Shown here piece by piece: positions 28,890 through 39,600 of a stretch of DNA of 64,000 bases; positions within the stretch are counted from its first letter, which is position 1; each line of letters starts with the position of its first letter. The notes beneath the pieces were generated by a model, which worked only from the letters and a program-made list of their open reading frames with translations, made no database searches and was not told the origin of the DNA. This stretch comes from Planctomycetaceae bacterium (lineage in GTDB: Bacteria > Planctomycetota > Planctomycetia > Planctomycetales > Planctomycetaceae), in assembly GCA_021732995.1 (NCBI GenBank), contig JAKFWA010000068.1:115099-179098 (forward strand). Reading direction: 5' to 3'. Position numbers and translations under genes: made by a program.

Positions 28890-29423
28890 ATGGCGAGTTC
28901 ATGGTTTTCAAAGATGCTGGGTACATCCATGACCCTCGGCAATCTGCAGAACGTCTTAGTGATGCAATTGTCGGATTTGGCCAGCGCGGAAGATCAGTTG
29001 ATCAAGGCTCTTCCCAAGATGGTGGACGCGGCCAGCACTGAAGACCTCAAGAACGCCTTCCAATCGCATCTGGAAGAGACTCTCGAGCAGCGTAAGCGCT
29101 TGGATGAAGTCTTTGAGCTGTTGAACGTGAAGCCCGACATTCATAAGTGCGAAGCCATGGAGGGTCTAATCGCGGAGGGTCAGCAGATCATTTCCACCGA
29201 GGGCGATCCACAAGTCAAAGATGCGGCGCTGATCGCCGCCGCGCAGCGCGTGGAACATTATGAAATTGCTGGCTATGGCTGCGTGCGGACATTCGCCCGG
29301 CGACTCGGCTTGCTGCAAGTGGCGGCTTTGTTGCAGGAAACGTTGGACGAGGAAGGTGATGCCGACAAGAAATTGACTGATATCGCCGAGAACAGCGTCA
29401 ACATTGAGGCCGCATTCGCCTGA
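28890..29423 (+). CDS. DUF892 / YciE-YciF ferritin-like protein
   Basis: A 177-aa helical protein. LSDLASAEDQLIKALPKM resembles the YciE family N-terminus. Confidence 0.7.
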   Translation: MASSWFSKMLGTSMTLGNLQNVLVMQLSDLASAEDQLIKALPKMVDAASTEDLKNAFQSHLEETLEQRKRLDEVFELLNVKPDIHKCEAMEGLIAEGQQIISTEGDPQVKDAALIAAAQRVEHYEIAGYGCVRTFARRLGLLQVAALLQETLDEEGDADKKLTDIAENSVNIEAAFA

Positions 29424-29632
29424 AGGTGGAGGGCTCGTCGACATGCCCGCTCGTAAATGAGATACGCGAACGATGCATATAGCATATATGCGCGACCATC
29501 GCGTCTTCGTTCCCGCTGATTGCGTTGCGGCGCTAAGCGATGAAATCAATCACCTCGCACTGGACCAAATCAGGCATTTCCTGAAAGCGGATATATCACC
29601 CTCCACGGAGATTTCATTCGAGGACTTGCGAC

Positions 29633-29947
29633 GTGAGGGCATATCAACACACGCGTAATTTGCTCACCTTCTGGAGGAGTCTTCGAACGGTTACTGGTGT
29701 TGCGATGTTCTTTCTTTACGGAATTAAACCGGGTACGCCTCGTAAACTCGTCGCGACGTTCGACACCGAGGCACAGCTATTGGCTTATGTCGGATGGGCC
29801 ACTCTGCGCACAAATCCCGATACGACGCGGAACTTTGAGCAAGGCAGTGCCTTGGCGAGTTATCGGTCCTGCGAGCACGCACCGCATCCGCTGACAGCAG
29901 AAGACGCTGAGCAGGTCCTGCACAATCCCAGTCCGAGCATGCTCTAG
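29633..29947 (+). CDS. Hypothetical protein (weak)
   Basis: ORF only. No motif. Confidence 0.25.
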   Translation: MRAYQHTRNLLTFWRSLRTVTGVAMFFLYGIKPGTPRKLVATFDTEAQLLAYVGWATLRTNPDTTRNFEQGSALASYRSCEHAPHPLTAEDAEQVLHNPSPSML

Positions 29948-30175
29948 CCGAAAGTGACCGCCGGCGGATCCAACGACTGCGCGTGGAAGCTTCCGCACCA
30001 CTTAGGCCGGCGGGGCGTTGGACAGGCTGTATTCCCCCGAAAAGGAACCGACAATCATGGCTCGTTTTACTTACACAGAAAGAGATCAGCTCAGGCCATC
30101 AACGTAACGATGTCCTGAGCTGACCAGTCTATTCTGCCGGGCGAGTGCCCCGACAAATGCAGTGACGGGAGCAGT

Positions 30176-31165
30176 TCAGCTCTGCTTCGCCATGCCGATG
30201 TTGATGTAGGCATGCACGTGTGGAGCGCCGCGGAAGTGCCAAACGAACGACGGGCCTTCGACGCGCCAGATGTCCCACGTCTTGTCGTTGCCCAGATCGC
30301 CTTGCTGATAGAAGGCCATGTGCAGCTTATCGGTGCCGCCAGAGTTCTTGACGATCTCCATCGCCTCATCAACGTCTTCCTGGCGATAGGGAGCCAGCAG
30401 CACTTGCAGCGTCTTGTTGACCAGTTGCTTCTGATCGGCACTCAGTTGGCCAACCGCGATGCCGGGGAAGGTTCCCTTCTCGCCCTGCAACTTCACAGCG
30501 TCCTCTTTCGGAGCCGTCGCCACCAGAGCCTGCTGGGACTGCTTGGCGTCGAGGGCCTTGAAGACTTCATTCACTTGCTGAGTCTGGTAGTAGAACAGGT
30601 TCTGCTTGGGATCTTCTTCGCCGTGACCGTAGACGATCGGACCACCGAACGCGGCCTTGTCGCCTGAGTCGCCGTCAGCTCGCAGCGTGAGATGGCGGCC
30701 GGTCAGTTCCCATTCAAACGCACCGCTGCCGGGCTCACCGAACATGGCGATGCTGTATTCATCAATGCCACCGCTGTCGAATTCCATCTGCTTCTTCAGC
30801 CGCTCGTAGCCATCAGCGGAAGTGACGTTCTTGACGATTTCATTGATCAAGGCCTTCTGGTCCTTGTTGTAGAAGTCGTCGCCCACTGACGGCTTGGTGA
30901 TGTGCCAGTTGGCATTGATCTTGTTGCGCAGTTCGTGATTGAACGCGAAGCAGATCTGCTTCTTCTGATCCGCCGACATGGACGCGTACAGACGTCCGGC
31001 CGCACCTTCCGCTGCACTGGTCTTGCTGGGAGCCGCGAACAGCGCGGGCTGACCGACCAGCATTGGCATGGCAACTCCGGCGACGGTGGCACCCGCCGCG
31101 GCTTTCAGAAACGAACGGCGATCCAGCTGATCGCAGTCTGAGCATTTTTGAGAAGCGCGTTTCAT
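30176..31165 (-). CDS. Tat-secreted hypothetical protein
   Basis: Start taken at MKRASQKCSDCDQLDRRSFLKAAAGATVAGVAMP, a twin-arginine signal. Confidence 0.65.
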   Translation of the reverse strand: MKRASQKCSDCDQLDRRSFLKAAAGATVAGVAMPMLVGQPALFAAPSKTSAAEGAAGRLYASMSADQKKQICFAFNHELRNKINANWHITKPSVGDDFYNKDQKALINEIVKNVTSADGYERLKKQMEFDSGGIDEYSIAMFGEPGSGAFEWELTGRHLTLRADGDSGDKAAFGGPIVYGHGEEDPKQNLFYYQTQQVNEVFKALDAKQSQQALVATAPKEDAVKLQGEKGTFPGIAVGQLSADQKQLVNKTLQVLLAPYRQEDVDEAMEIVKNSGGTDKLHMAFYQQGDLGNDKTWDIWRVEGPSFVWHFRGAPHVHAYINIGMAKQS

Positions 31166-31447
31166 CGGAATATCTCCTGAGGCGATCTGAAGACCAGCGA
31201 ACTGCACATGGCAAAATGCAAGTCGCAACTAGGAACGAATAAAACTCCGCCGAGCGAAAGTCAAACTCGGCGGTCGCATCAGGAGGTTCACGTCCCGAAT
31301 TGCGGCCCCCGGCAACCTGGCGGATTCTATTCGTTGCGGCCTTGAGAAGAGGTTAAGCAGGCGGGCACAGCCACAGCGATCATTCAAAACAAACACCCCG
31401 GCTCGAAGACTCGAACCGGGGTGTTCTTTGACATTGCTGCGAGGCGA

Positions 31448-32554
31448 TCACAGCAGGTTGACGACCTTTTCGGCCAGGCCCTTGTCGCCGAGGAAGATGC
31501 TGAGCTTGCTGCTGGAGGCAATCTTTTCGAGAGCTTCCAGTTCGCGCAGCCGCATCAACGTGGGAGTTTCAGCCAGCAGCTTGGCCGTGTTGGCCTGACT
31601 GCGGATAGCTGCCGTCTCCTCACGACGAGCGATGAGGTTGGCTTCAGCGGCCTTCTTAGCCTCCGTGACCTTGTTCATCAGCTCCTTCATGTCGCCGGGC
31701 AGGATCACATCGCGGATGCCGACAGACGCGATCTCCAGACCGAGTTCGCCCGCTCGACGACGCACGTTGTCCTCGATGTCCTTCGCCACCGCATCCTTGT
31801 CGGTCAGGAAGGCGTCGAGTTCCCGCACACCGATAACGCTGCGCAACACAAGTTGTGTCTCGCGATAGAGTGCTTGCCGGAAGTCGTCTGTCTGGCTGAC
31901 GGCTTTGCGCGCGTCGACGATCTTGTAGTTCACGACCGCGTTCATCCGCAGAGTGACCTTGTCGGCCGTCATGATTTCCTGACCGCCGACATCAACCATC
32001 GTCTCGCGCTGGCTGACTTCGATCACCTTGGCATCCGCCGGACCTCGCCAGAACGCGTACTCGCCCGGAGGCAAGGTCTCGACGTAGCGGCCATCAATGA
32101 ACAGCACGCCCACGTGGTCGCGCTGAATCGTGCACACATCGAGAGTCTTGCTGGCCAGCGGCGATTGGACGATGACCTTGAACTGCTCGTGCTGGAAGCG
32201 CACCGACCGGATGTTGATGACTTCCACACGAACCTGCTTCTGGCCGGTCCAGTAGGCGTACAGACCCGCCGGCAGGATGTGGCTGAAACGGTTCTCAATC
32301 CAGACGAGCGCCCGCTCGTTGTCCTTCAGATCCAACACGACAGCGCGATCCTGCAGCGCACCCGATTTGATAATCAGGTCGAGCTTCTCATGAGCCAGCC
32401 ACGGATCGCGCTGAGACACGACGTCAACTCGAACCTTGTTGAGCGGATCGAAGAACCAGTGCTTACCTTCGGCCAGCACGCCCCGGAACTCACCATCGCG
32501 AAACAGCAAGCCAGCTTCGTAGCTGCGAACTGTGTATTTCTTGTAAAAGAGCAT
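31448..32554 (-). CDS. SPFH/band-7 (flotillin/YqiK-like) domain protein
   Basis: C-terminal DVILPGDMKELMNKVTEAKKAAEANLIARREETAAIRSQ coiled region is typical of SPFH proteins. N-terminal beta-rich repeats. Confidence 0.8.
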   Translation of the reverse strand: MLFYKKYTVRSYEAGLLFRDGEFRGVLAEGKHWFFDPLNKVRVDVVSQRDPWLAHEKLDLIIKSGALQDRAVVLDLKDNERALVWIENRFSHILPAGLYAYWTGQKQVRVEVINIRSVRFQHEQFKVIVQSPLASKTLDVCTIQRDHVGVLFIDGRYVETLPPGEYAFWRGPADAKVIEVSQRETMVDVGGQEIMTADKVTLRMNAVVNYKIVDARKAVSQTDDFRQALYRETQLVLRSVIGVRELDAFLTDKDAVAKDIEDNVRRRAGELGLEIASVGIRDVILPGDMKELMNKVTEAKKAAEANLIARREETAAIRSQANTAKLLAETPTLMRLRELEALEKIASSSKLSIFLGDKGLAEKVVNLL

Positions 32555-32629
32555 GATCTTCCTTCTGCCGAAATGCGTTCTCTATTTGTCACATTCGAGA
32601 CGTGTCGCAGCCTCATCAAGTTCGCGAAG

Positions 32630-33700
32630 ATGTCGGACCATCCACTCACAAAATGTGAAGAAGAGGACGCATCCGTTTGCAACGACGGTCGAGTAACCGA
32701 TTTCTATCTCGCTCCCGAGTACCGCAGGACGGCCATCTGGGGCATGCTAGGGTGCCTGCTAATCTTCGTGGCAGGACTCGCAGTCCAGCGATTTCATGCG
32801 GGACGCATCGAGGCGGATCGCACCCTCGGACTGGCAGTGTTTCTCGTAATTTTCTGCTGGCTGTCTCAGTTCCTGCTGCCGCGGATCCGCGTTGATGGAG
32901 CCGGGGTCCGCAGGCGAGTGCTGTGGTGGTGGACTCTCTGGCCTTGGGATGCCTTCCGGGCAGGCAGAATCTGCCATGGGCGCGTCGGGATATACACTTA
33001 CGTATTTCCCGAACGACCATCGTTTATCCGAGATTTGACACTCGAATTTCTGAGCACTTCAGACGCGGATCAGATCAATCGGCTTATACGCCGCGTCTGG
33101 GTGCCTCCACCTGTTCAGCCATTACCCGCGGTACTTAGGCTTCAGCGCTACAGGCCTGACGGCAGTGTCCTGGAAATAACTGCTGACCATCTCTGCGTAA
33201 TCTCGGACGATCAGTCGGCGACCTACCCGTGGGATGACGTTCTTGCTGTTGAGATCTGGCGAATCGAACACGGTCGGCATGACTTTCAGCGATTGAGTAT
33301 TCAACTCTCCGATCAGGAGATCGTGCTGCGGGGTAGACATGGATCGAACGAGGCAATCTCCGGAATGATCCTTCGACACGTACCGGCTTCACGAATTGGC
33401 GATTTCGCCAAATTCGGTACTCCGCATTCTATTAAGGAACTTGACTCGCGTATCTCTCGAATTGCGTTGCAACGAACATCGCTTACGTCTTTACGTCGCG
33501 TAATTCCATACGTTTTCGGGATTATACTTCTTTGCGCCATCCTGATTGATCGGAATGAGAGATCAGCCAAGCTGCTAAGCTCTCTGCCGCTGATTTACGC
33601 TGCATATCGGATGGCTTGGGACCGGATTCGATCGCTGGAAGAAGAAACCACCACTCTCGAAGCCAAGAGAGAACCTCTGCAAGAAACTGCCGGGCTGTAA
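32630..33700 (+). CDS. Membrane protein, hypothetical (3 predicted TM segments)
   Basis: Only the part of the 759-aa track ORF downstream of the SPFH gene start is kept. ATG at 32630. Hydrophobic stretches IWGMLGCLLIFVAGLAV, LGLAVFLVIFCWLSQFLL and VIPYVFGIILLCAILI. Confidence 0.55.
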   Translation: MSDHPLTKCEEEDASVCNDGRVTDFYLAPEYRRTAIWGMLGCLLIFVAGLAVQRFHAGRIEADRTLGLAVFLVIFCWLSQFLLPRIRVDGAGVRRRVLWWWTLWPWDAFRAGRICHGRVGIYTYVFPERPSFIRDLTLEFLSTSDADQINRLIRRVWVPPPVQPLPAVLRLQRYRPDGSVLEITADHLCVISDDQSATYPWDDVLAVEIWRIEHGRHDFQRLSIQLSDQEIVLRGRHGSNEAISGMILRHVPASRIGDFAKFGTPHSIKELDSRISRIALQRTSLTSLRRVIPYVFGIILLCAILIDRNERSAKLLSSLPLIYAAYRMAWDRIRSLEEETTTLEAKREPLQETAGL

Positions 33701-34071
33701 TCTGCCTTGTGGTAGAAAGACACCCTCAGAAGGTGAAACGCTGGTCGATCGCATGCGAGAACGCGGAGTGATGCTTGAGCCGTGGTCTCAAACTGCGTCG
33801 AAGCGAGTTGAATGCTACCTTCAGCATCAAGAGTGTCTTGATACTCGCAGGCAGTTCCAATCTCGCATCGTTGCAGAGTGAGCGCCGCGGCGGAATCTGC
33901 GTCCTGCAGAGCGTTGTCGCATGGTGCCGAGAACCAACTCGTCGCCGAGAGTCGTCCGGGCAGTCGCCCGCCGGGCTCGCGACAAGACTGGTCGCTTGCT
34001 GATCTCTCGAACGTTCACCTCCGTTGGGCTTTCCTGAGACGCGGTAAGCGTCGCCGATTTTCGAGATCGGT

Positions 34072-34146
34072 TGGTGGTTGGTACGGGATTCGAACCCGTG
34101 ACATGCAGATTGTTAGTCTGCTGCTCTACCGTTGAGCTAACCAGCT
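34072..34146 (-). tRNA. tRNA-like gene with an Asn-type body but anticodon loop CUAACAA (nominal anticodon AAC); possible pseudo-tRNA
   Basis: Minus-strand fold: D arm GCTC-AACGGTA-GAGC, anticodon stem GCAGA/TCTGC, variable loop ATGTC, T arm ACGGG-TTCGAAT-CCCGT, acceptor 3' side ACCAACC then A then CCA (encoded). The acceptor stem AGCTGGT/ACCAACC has two mismatches. Confidence 0.5.
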
Positions 34147-34279
34147 TGACATCGTCGGGACAGACACCATGTTCGGAACGCACGCGACCAAACCCGCGAG
34201 GGTGATGCGTGTGCCTCTGGAAAGACGACATCAGTACCTTGCCTGTGAGGCCGCAGCCTTCCGGGTGCGGCCTGCGAAG

Positions 34280-34349
34280 CACGAGCGTGAGGATTCGAAC
34301 CCCATCCAGCGGTTTTGGAGGCCACCCGCTCTCCCAGGAGCTCGCTCGT
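34280..34349 (-). tRNA. tRNA-Trp(CCA)-like gene with a shortened D region; possibly a pseudo-tRNA
   Basis: Perfect 7-bp acceptor ACGAGCG/CGCTCGT. Anticodon loop CUCCAAA is identical to the E. coli tRNA-Trp loop. T arm TGGGG-TTCGAAT-CCTCA. There is only 1 nt between the acceptor and D stems, the D loop is 6 nt, and the anticodon stem has one mismatch. CCA is not encoded. Confidence 0.4.
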
Positions 34350-34490
34350 ATAAAAGTTGGCAAAAATAGCAGTATCAACAGCAACCCTGCTGTTAATACT
34401 GCAGCGAGGGCTCCTGGCCCGGTGGGCGGGAAGAGAACGGATGAAGTCCTCTTCCCGCCTTGAGCCCTCAACGCCGGGGTTGCAGTATGC

Positions 34491-35288
34491 TTAATCCAGA
34501 AACGCCACGTGCCGCATCGCAGCCGCTTGCGTTTCTGTATTCATCATGACCTCATGCCAGTCCTGCAACACGATCGTTGCGTGATCGGCATGTCGGACTC
34601 GCCCCTTCACATACACCGACGGGTTACGCCGCATGGTCGTCCAGGACCAATGCTTGGCGTCCGGTGTGCGTGAAATCAGCGTGTTGAACTGCGTCTGCGT
34701 CAAACCGTTGGGGTGTCGCGAGCACACGTAGACCGCTTCACCGCCGGATCGATACAGAAAATCCACCATGTGGGGCTTGCCGCCACCACGTCGCAACGGC
34801 TCGTTCGTGAGTACCATTCGCGAGTTCACAATCATTTGCGACTCGGGCACAAAGAACCATTCCCCCTGACGGACGAACGCTTCGTTCCGTCGACGGTTCC
34901 GGTTCTTTCGTCGCACGTTAACTCGCTGCTGGCGACTGACGACGTCGGCCGGCTTGAGTGCTTCCATCGCCGTGCGAACAGTGGAAGCGGAAGCGGTTTC
35001 CGGAATTGCTGCCACAAACCAGTGACGTTCGTCGTGTCCGCATAAGAACTTGTGCTTCTCACCTTGCGACCGAGCCATCAGCAGCAGGTGTCGCAGCTTG
35101 GGCTCGGAGTGCAGAACGTCGACATCGGCGGGAGCTTCACCCGGCACACGAATATCAAACAGCTCACCGCGACGATCATTGATAATGTCGAGTGAAACCT
35201 GTCCGCGGACTCGCAAGCCAGATCGTTCGCTGACTTGCGCACGGGCACCGATGCGGGCAAATTGCCGCTGGAGAACATTCACGTCCAT
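34491..35288 (-). CDS. Hypothetical protein (265 aa)
   Basis: ORF with basic central region RRKNRNRRRNEAF. No domain recognised. Confidence 0.5.
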   Translation of the reverse strand: MDVNVLQRQFARIGARAQVSERSGLRVRGQVSLDIINDRRGELFDIRVPGEAPADVDVLHSEPKLRHLLLMARSQGEKHKFLCGHDERHWFVAAIPETASASTVRTAMEALKPADVVSRQQRVNVRRKNRNRRRNEAFVRQGEWFFVPESQMIVNSRMVLTNEPLRRGGGKPHMVDFLYRSGGEAVYVCSRHPNGLTQTQFNTLISRTPDAKHWSWTTMRRNPSVYVKGRVRHADHATIVLQDWHEVMMNTETQAAAMRHVAFLD

Positions 35289-35836
35289 CTGAATAACCTT
35301 GCGTGAGCGATGACGTGAAGCTCAGAGGTTCACGTCAGAAGATGGTGACCCGCGTGGACCATCCACGGGGGTGAGAGGCGGGCGTTCGCTGTAAAAGATT
35401 CGTCCTCATGGCATCCCCTTTCTGTGGTTAGATTATTGAGGGCAAGTTTCTGGCACCGCAGACTCCACCAGGCGATGGCAGGTTCGTGGTTGTTGATACG
35501 AATCTGACAGAAGCCAGTTTCGCGGTCGCAGAGTTGCGAGGGGTGTTTGAACGGAATCGAACCGTCACCTTCGGATTCACAATCCGGTATGCAGCGACCA
35601 CTACACCACAAACACCAGAACGAGGCCGTAGCCAGTGTTCCGGACGCTCACGGCAGATTTGAGGTTCGCGGTCAAAACGAAGTTCGCGCCAACCAAAAGA
35701 TATACTTGACCTTTAGGCTTGAGCAGTTACATCTCACAATCGCTTGGGAGACCAAGTACCGCGAAACTCGTAGCTGAGTACGGCGGAGTCGGACAATTTA
35801 TTATGTGGTCTAGTCGGCCACGAACGAGGAGAACTC

Positions 35837-36271
35837 ATGTCGAAAGACATCACGGAGTCGCTCGCGCGCATTGGCGAGCAAACCGCACGACTCAATCAAC
35901 TGTGCGATGAAGGCGCGGCAACAATTCGCGACCTTGAAGACACGCTGGAGAAGATGAACGTGGGGGTGTCCGCGTCGCTCACGATTCACAGCTATGAAGA
36001 TCATAGCGGTTGGTATGAATACGAGCATTTCGTGTATCGCCGAATTGGTGGTCGATTCCGGATTGGCTATGCGTCAGGAGATTGCTCACCTGAGTCCGAG
36101 ATCGAAAAGCCTTGGTCGGACTGCTCCCGACAAATCAAGATCGACACGTTACATCGGCTTCCTGAGTTGGTTGCCAAGATCGCCGAAGAGGTCGAAACGC
36201 GTGCAAAAGAGGCTGAAAAAGCAATTGCCAGTGTGAAAAAGCTAGCTACATCCATGAAGAAGAAGGGCTAG
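35837..36271 (+). CDS. Hypothetical coiled-coil protein (144 aa)
   Basis: ORF. C-terminal KKLATSMKKKG. Confidence 0.45.
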   Translation: MSKDITESLARIGEQTARLNQLCDEGAATIRDLEDTLEKMNVGVSASLTIHSYEDHSGWYEYEHFVYRRIGGRFRIGYASGDCSPESEIEKPWSDCSRQIKIDTLHRLPELVAKIAEEVETRAKEAEKAIASVKKLATSMKKKG

Positions 36272-36272
36272 C

Positions 36273-36500
36273 ATGTCGAATCGACCTACAAAGCCACCAG
36301 TTTCTGGTTGGGCGTTGAACGTAATCGCGTTGATCGCGCCAGTGGCCGTTCTGGGCCTGGGGGTTGCCACTCTCTTTGGAAATAACGTTCCGTGGCATGT
36401 TTCTGGATGCACGCTTAGTTTTTCGGCCATCACCGTTTCTTACGCGTTTGGTAGACCGCTCGCACGGCTTCGCGTCCTTAGCCAAAGGTTCCAAAAGTGA
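36273..36500 (+). CDS. Small membrane protein (75 aa)
   Basis: The ATG is immediately after the previous stop (TAGCATG). Hydrophobic segment LNVIALIAPVAVLGLGVATLF. Confidence 0.35.
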   Translation: MSNRPTKPPVSGWALNVIALIAPVAVLGLGVATLFGNNVPWHVSGCTLSFSAITVSYAFGRPLARLRVLSQRFQK

Positions 36501-36646
36501 TGCTTTACTCGTTCCCAAGCTCTGCTTGGGGACGCCTCTTCGGAAGCTCTGCTTCCAGTGTTGTCGATTGCTAGTCGTTGTGTTGCTCGTGGAGCAGAGC
36601 TTACGAGAGCCCGATCCAGAGCAGAGCTTGGGATCGAGTGCGTTGC

Positions 36647-39600
36647 TTACTTCGTCGCTCGCGATGCCAGCGATTCCAGGAAGGCAATCAAAGACGAAAA
36701 ATCGTCGAGCGTCAGGTCTTTCACGAGACCTTCGGGCATGACGGAGATCGCTTGCTTGGCGCGTTCGTCGATGTCTTCGACTTTGATCTTCACCTCGTTG
36801 CCATCAGCGTTGCGGATGGTGACTTCATCTGCCGCCTCGTTGGTGACGAAACCGACGACTGACTTGCCGTCGTTCAGGATGAAGATGTTCGTCACGAAGC
36901 CTTGCGCCAGCGTCTTGCTCGGCAGCAAGATTGATTCGATCAGTTGCTCGCGCTTGTAGGTCTTGGCGACGTTCGGCAAGTAGGGGCCTCGGATGGGCTC
37001 GTCGGGTTTGATGGTGTGACACTTGTTGCAGGTGAGCTTCGCATACACACCTTCGCCTCGAGCAGCATCGCCCTTCGACTTCATCACCGCAGCCAGGATC
37101 TCTTCCGGCTTCAGCGTGCTGAGCTTGGGGCCGGTTGGAGCGGCGGCGGCGATTTTCCACGCGGCAGCCAGTTTCTTGGCCAACGTGGCAACGTCGGTGT
37201 TCGAGTCGCTTAATCCGTTACGCACCAAGTCTTCCTGAGACCTGGCATTGAACTGTTCTGCGGCTTGCAGGAGCTTCAAACGTCGCGCCGGCTTGAACCA
37301 CGCGGCGGCCAGTGCTTCTTCGGCGTCGTCCTTGTTGGAGTTCTTCTTGCTCTTCTTCCGGTCCTCGGCGAGCAACAGCACGCCACCGTCAGTCCAGATG
37401 CTGGTGGAGTCCGCTGCCGACAACGCCAGCAAGGACTTCGCATGGCGGTTCAACGTGGCTGGTTCCTTGAAGAAGTTCACAGCCTCGCTGACGGTTGCTT
37501 CCTGCTTGACCTTCTGAAGTTCCTCCAGTCCCGCAATGGCTGTCTGCAGAGCTTCAGGCTGAGACGATTTTAGTAATGCCACGACCGCTTGAGCGCGCAG
37601 TTCAGCGGTCGAGTCAGGCGCCGTCGCGACTTTTGAAACGATCGCCACGGCCTCCGGCGGCAGATTGCCGCTGCGATAGATTGAGGCCACGACCGACGGT
37701 GTGAATCGAGCATCCGTCTGCACTTTGGCCAGCAGAGATTTCAAGCCATCTTTGAGCTCGATGCGATGCCGAGCCAATTGAGTTGCCAGAAACTGGGTGC
37801 CCTCGGCGTCAGCTTGATCGAGTTCACGTTGCAGGGCCGCAGCGATCTTGTCGGTCTCGGCCCAGGCTTCCGGTTGGAAGTACGGCCCGCGCGTATCCGG
37901 TCGAGTTCCCCAGCTATTGCCTTTCCAGACTCCGTCCACAAAGTGCAGGCGGCACAACGCGACAAGTAAGCCCTGACGCTTCTCGGCATCACTTTCCTTG
38001 GCAAGCCGAGTGATCAAGCCATCGACCACACGGCCCTCGTGAATGGATTGCAGAGCACGCAATGCGCCGACTCTGAGTTTGTCGCCGGCGCTCGTTTGAT
38101 CCAGCGCCGCGAAGCATGCGTCAGATGCCTTCAGCCGAATCAGGCTTTGCACTGCCGTATGCACAATCACGGGATCGGCATCTGACAGCAACGTCACGAT
38201 CGCACCGGCTCGATCTGCTCGGTTGAGTCGCGCAATCGCCACCGCAGATTCCAAGCGGACTCGCGGATTGGTGTCGTTCGTGCCTGCCACCAACGGCTCA
38301 ACCGGCACATTGCGGGACTGCTCGCCGCGATCTCCCAAGGATCGAACAGCCCAAGGCCGCAGCCCTTCGTCCTTTGCGGCTTCTGCGAGCATATCGTTGG
38401 CTTTCGACAGATCAGTCGCTTGCTTCAGCGTAAACAGGGCGGCGATTCGAGTTTCGAGTTTCAGCGACGTATCCAGTAACAGAGTCCGCAGCTCTGCTGC
38501 AGTCACATCGTCCACCCCCTTGCGCAACAAGGATCGCTGTGCGTCCAGGCGCCGACGATGGCTGGGTGATTTCAACAAGGCAACCAGTTCGGCCTTCGAG
38601 GCCTTGTTGAAATCCGGCAGCGGGTCGACCTTCAGCCCCTTCGGTCGCAGGCGGATCAGCGAGCCGACGTCTTCGCCGTTGTAGGTAAAGGTCGCTCCCT
38701 TCCAGCTTGTGGCGTAGAGAGTGCTGTTCGCGTCAACGTCGAGATCGGTCACGCGGTTCAGGCCGAGGAACTCGTTCTGGTCGGCTTTGAAAGTTGCTCC
38801 GTTGGGCGTCATCTCATGGCGGAAGACCATCGAGCGGCCCCAGTCGGCGGTGTAGAGCGCCGGCGAAAAGCCCTTTGGAAAACCAGGCTCGTCGAGGAAC
38901 AACGCTCCGCAACCGGAACCTCCACCGTAGTCGGCCAGTGGCTTGATGATCTCATCGCCGAAGTTCATGTAGAGGCGCGGGTAGCCGTGATCTTCGAGGC
39001 CCGAGAAGTGGTGCAGGCGGATATCCCAACCGCCGCCGTCGTTCGTGTTGTCGCGGGTAAATCCATTGAGCAGCGGGTCCATCGCGACTTCGAGAATGTT
39101 GCGCGTGCCGTTCGAATAGAGTTCGAGGCCCGTTCCATCAGGTCGGACTCGCACCACACCGCCGCCGCGCAGTTGCAGTTTGCGACCGTCCGTGCCTTCG
39201 GCCTGCATGAAGCCGAAGTCGCCGATCGCCAGATACAGCCAACCGTCGATGCCCAGCGTCACACCGTTGGACGTGTGATCCGCAGGCCGGTCCTTGAAGC
39301 CGAAGGCGATATTCTTCACGAGCACCTTTTGTTCGTCCGAGATGCCGTCGCCGTCTTTGTCGATGAAGGCACTCAGGTGCGGCGGGTGCATCAGGTAGAT
39401 TCGGTCATGATCCCACACGAGCCCGCGCGGTGAATCGACATCGGGAATGAAATACTTCGACTCGTCCGCTCGACCATCTCCGTCGACGTCTCGCAGACGC
39501 ACAACCGAGCCACGCTTCAACTGCCGATCGAGCGAACCGTTCTTGTCGACCGAGACATAGACGACTCCGTCTGGAGCCGCGGCCACGAACGTCGGATAGC

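Noticed and set aside
31421-33700. 759-aa plus-strand ORF
   Set aside because: Its first ~400 codons are antisense to the well-supported SPFH gene (31448-32554) and contain no motifs. Only the downstream part from ATG 32630, a membrane protein, is kept.
33827-34471. 214-aa minus-strand ORF
   Set aside because: It runs straight through both tRNA-like genes and a noncoding-looking region. Arg/Pro/Gly-rich high-GC frame artefact.
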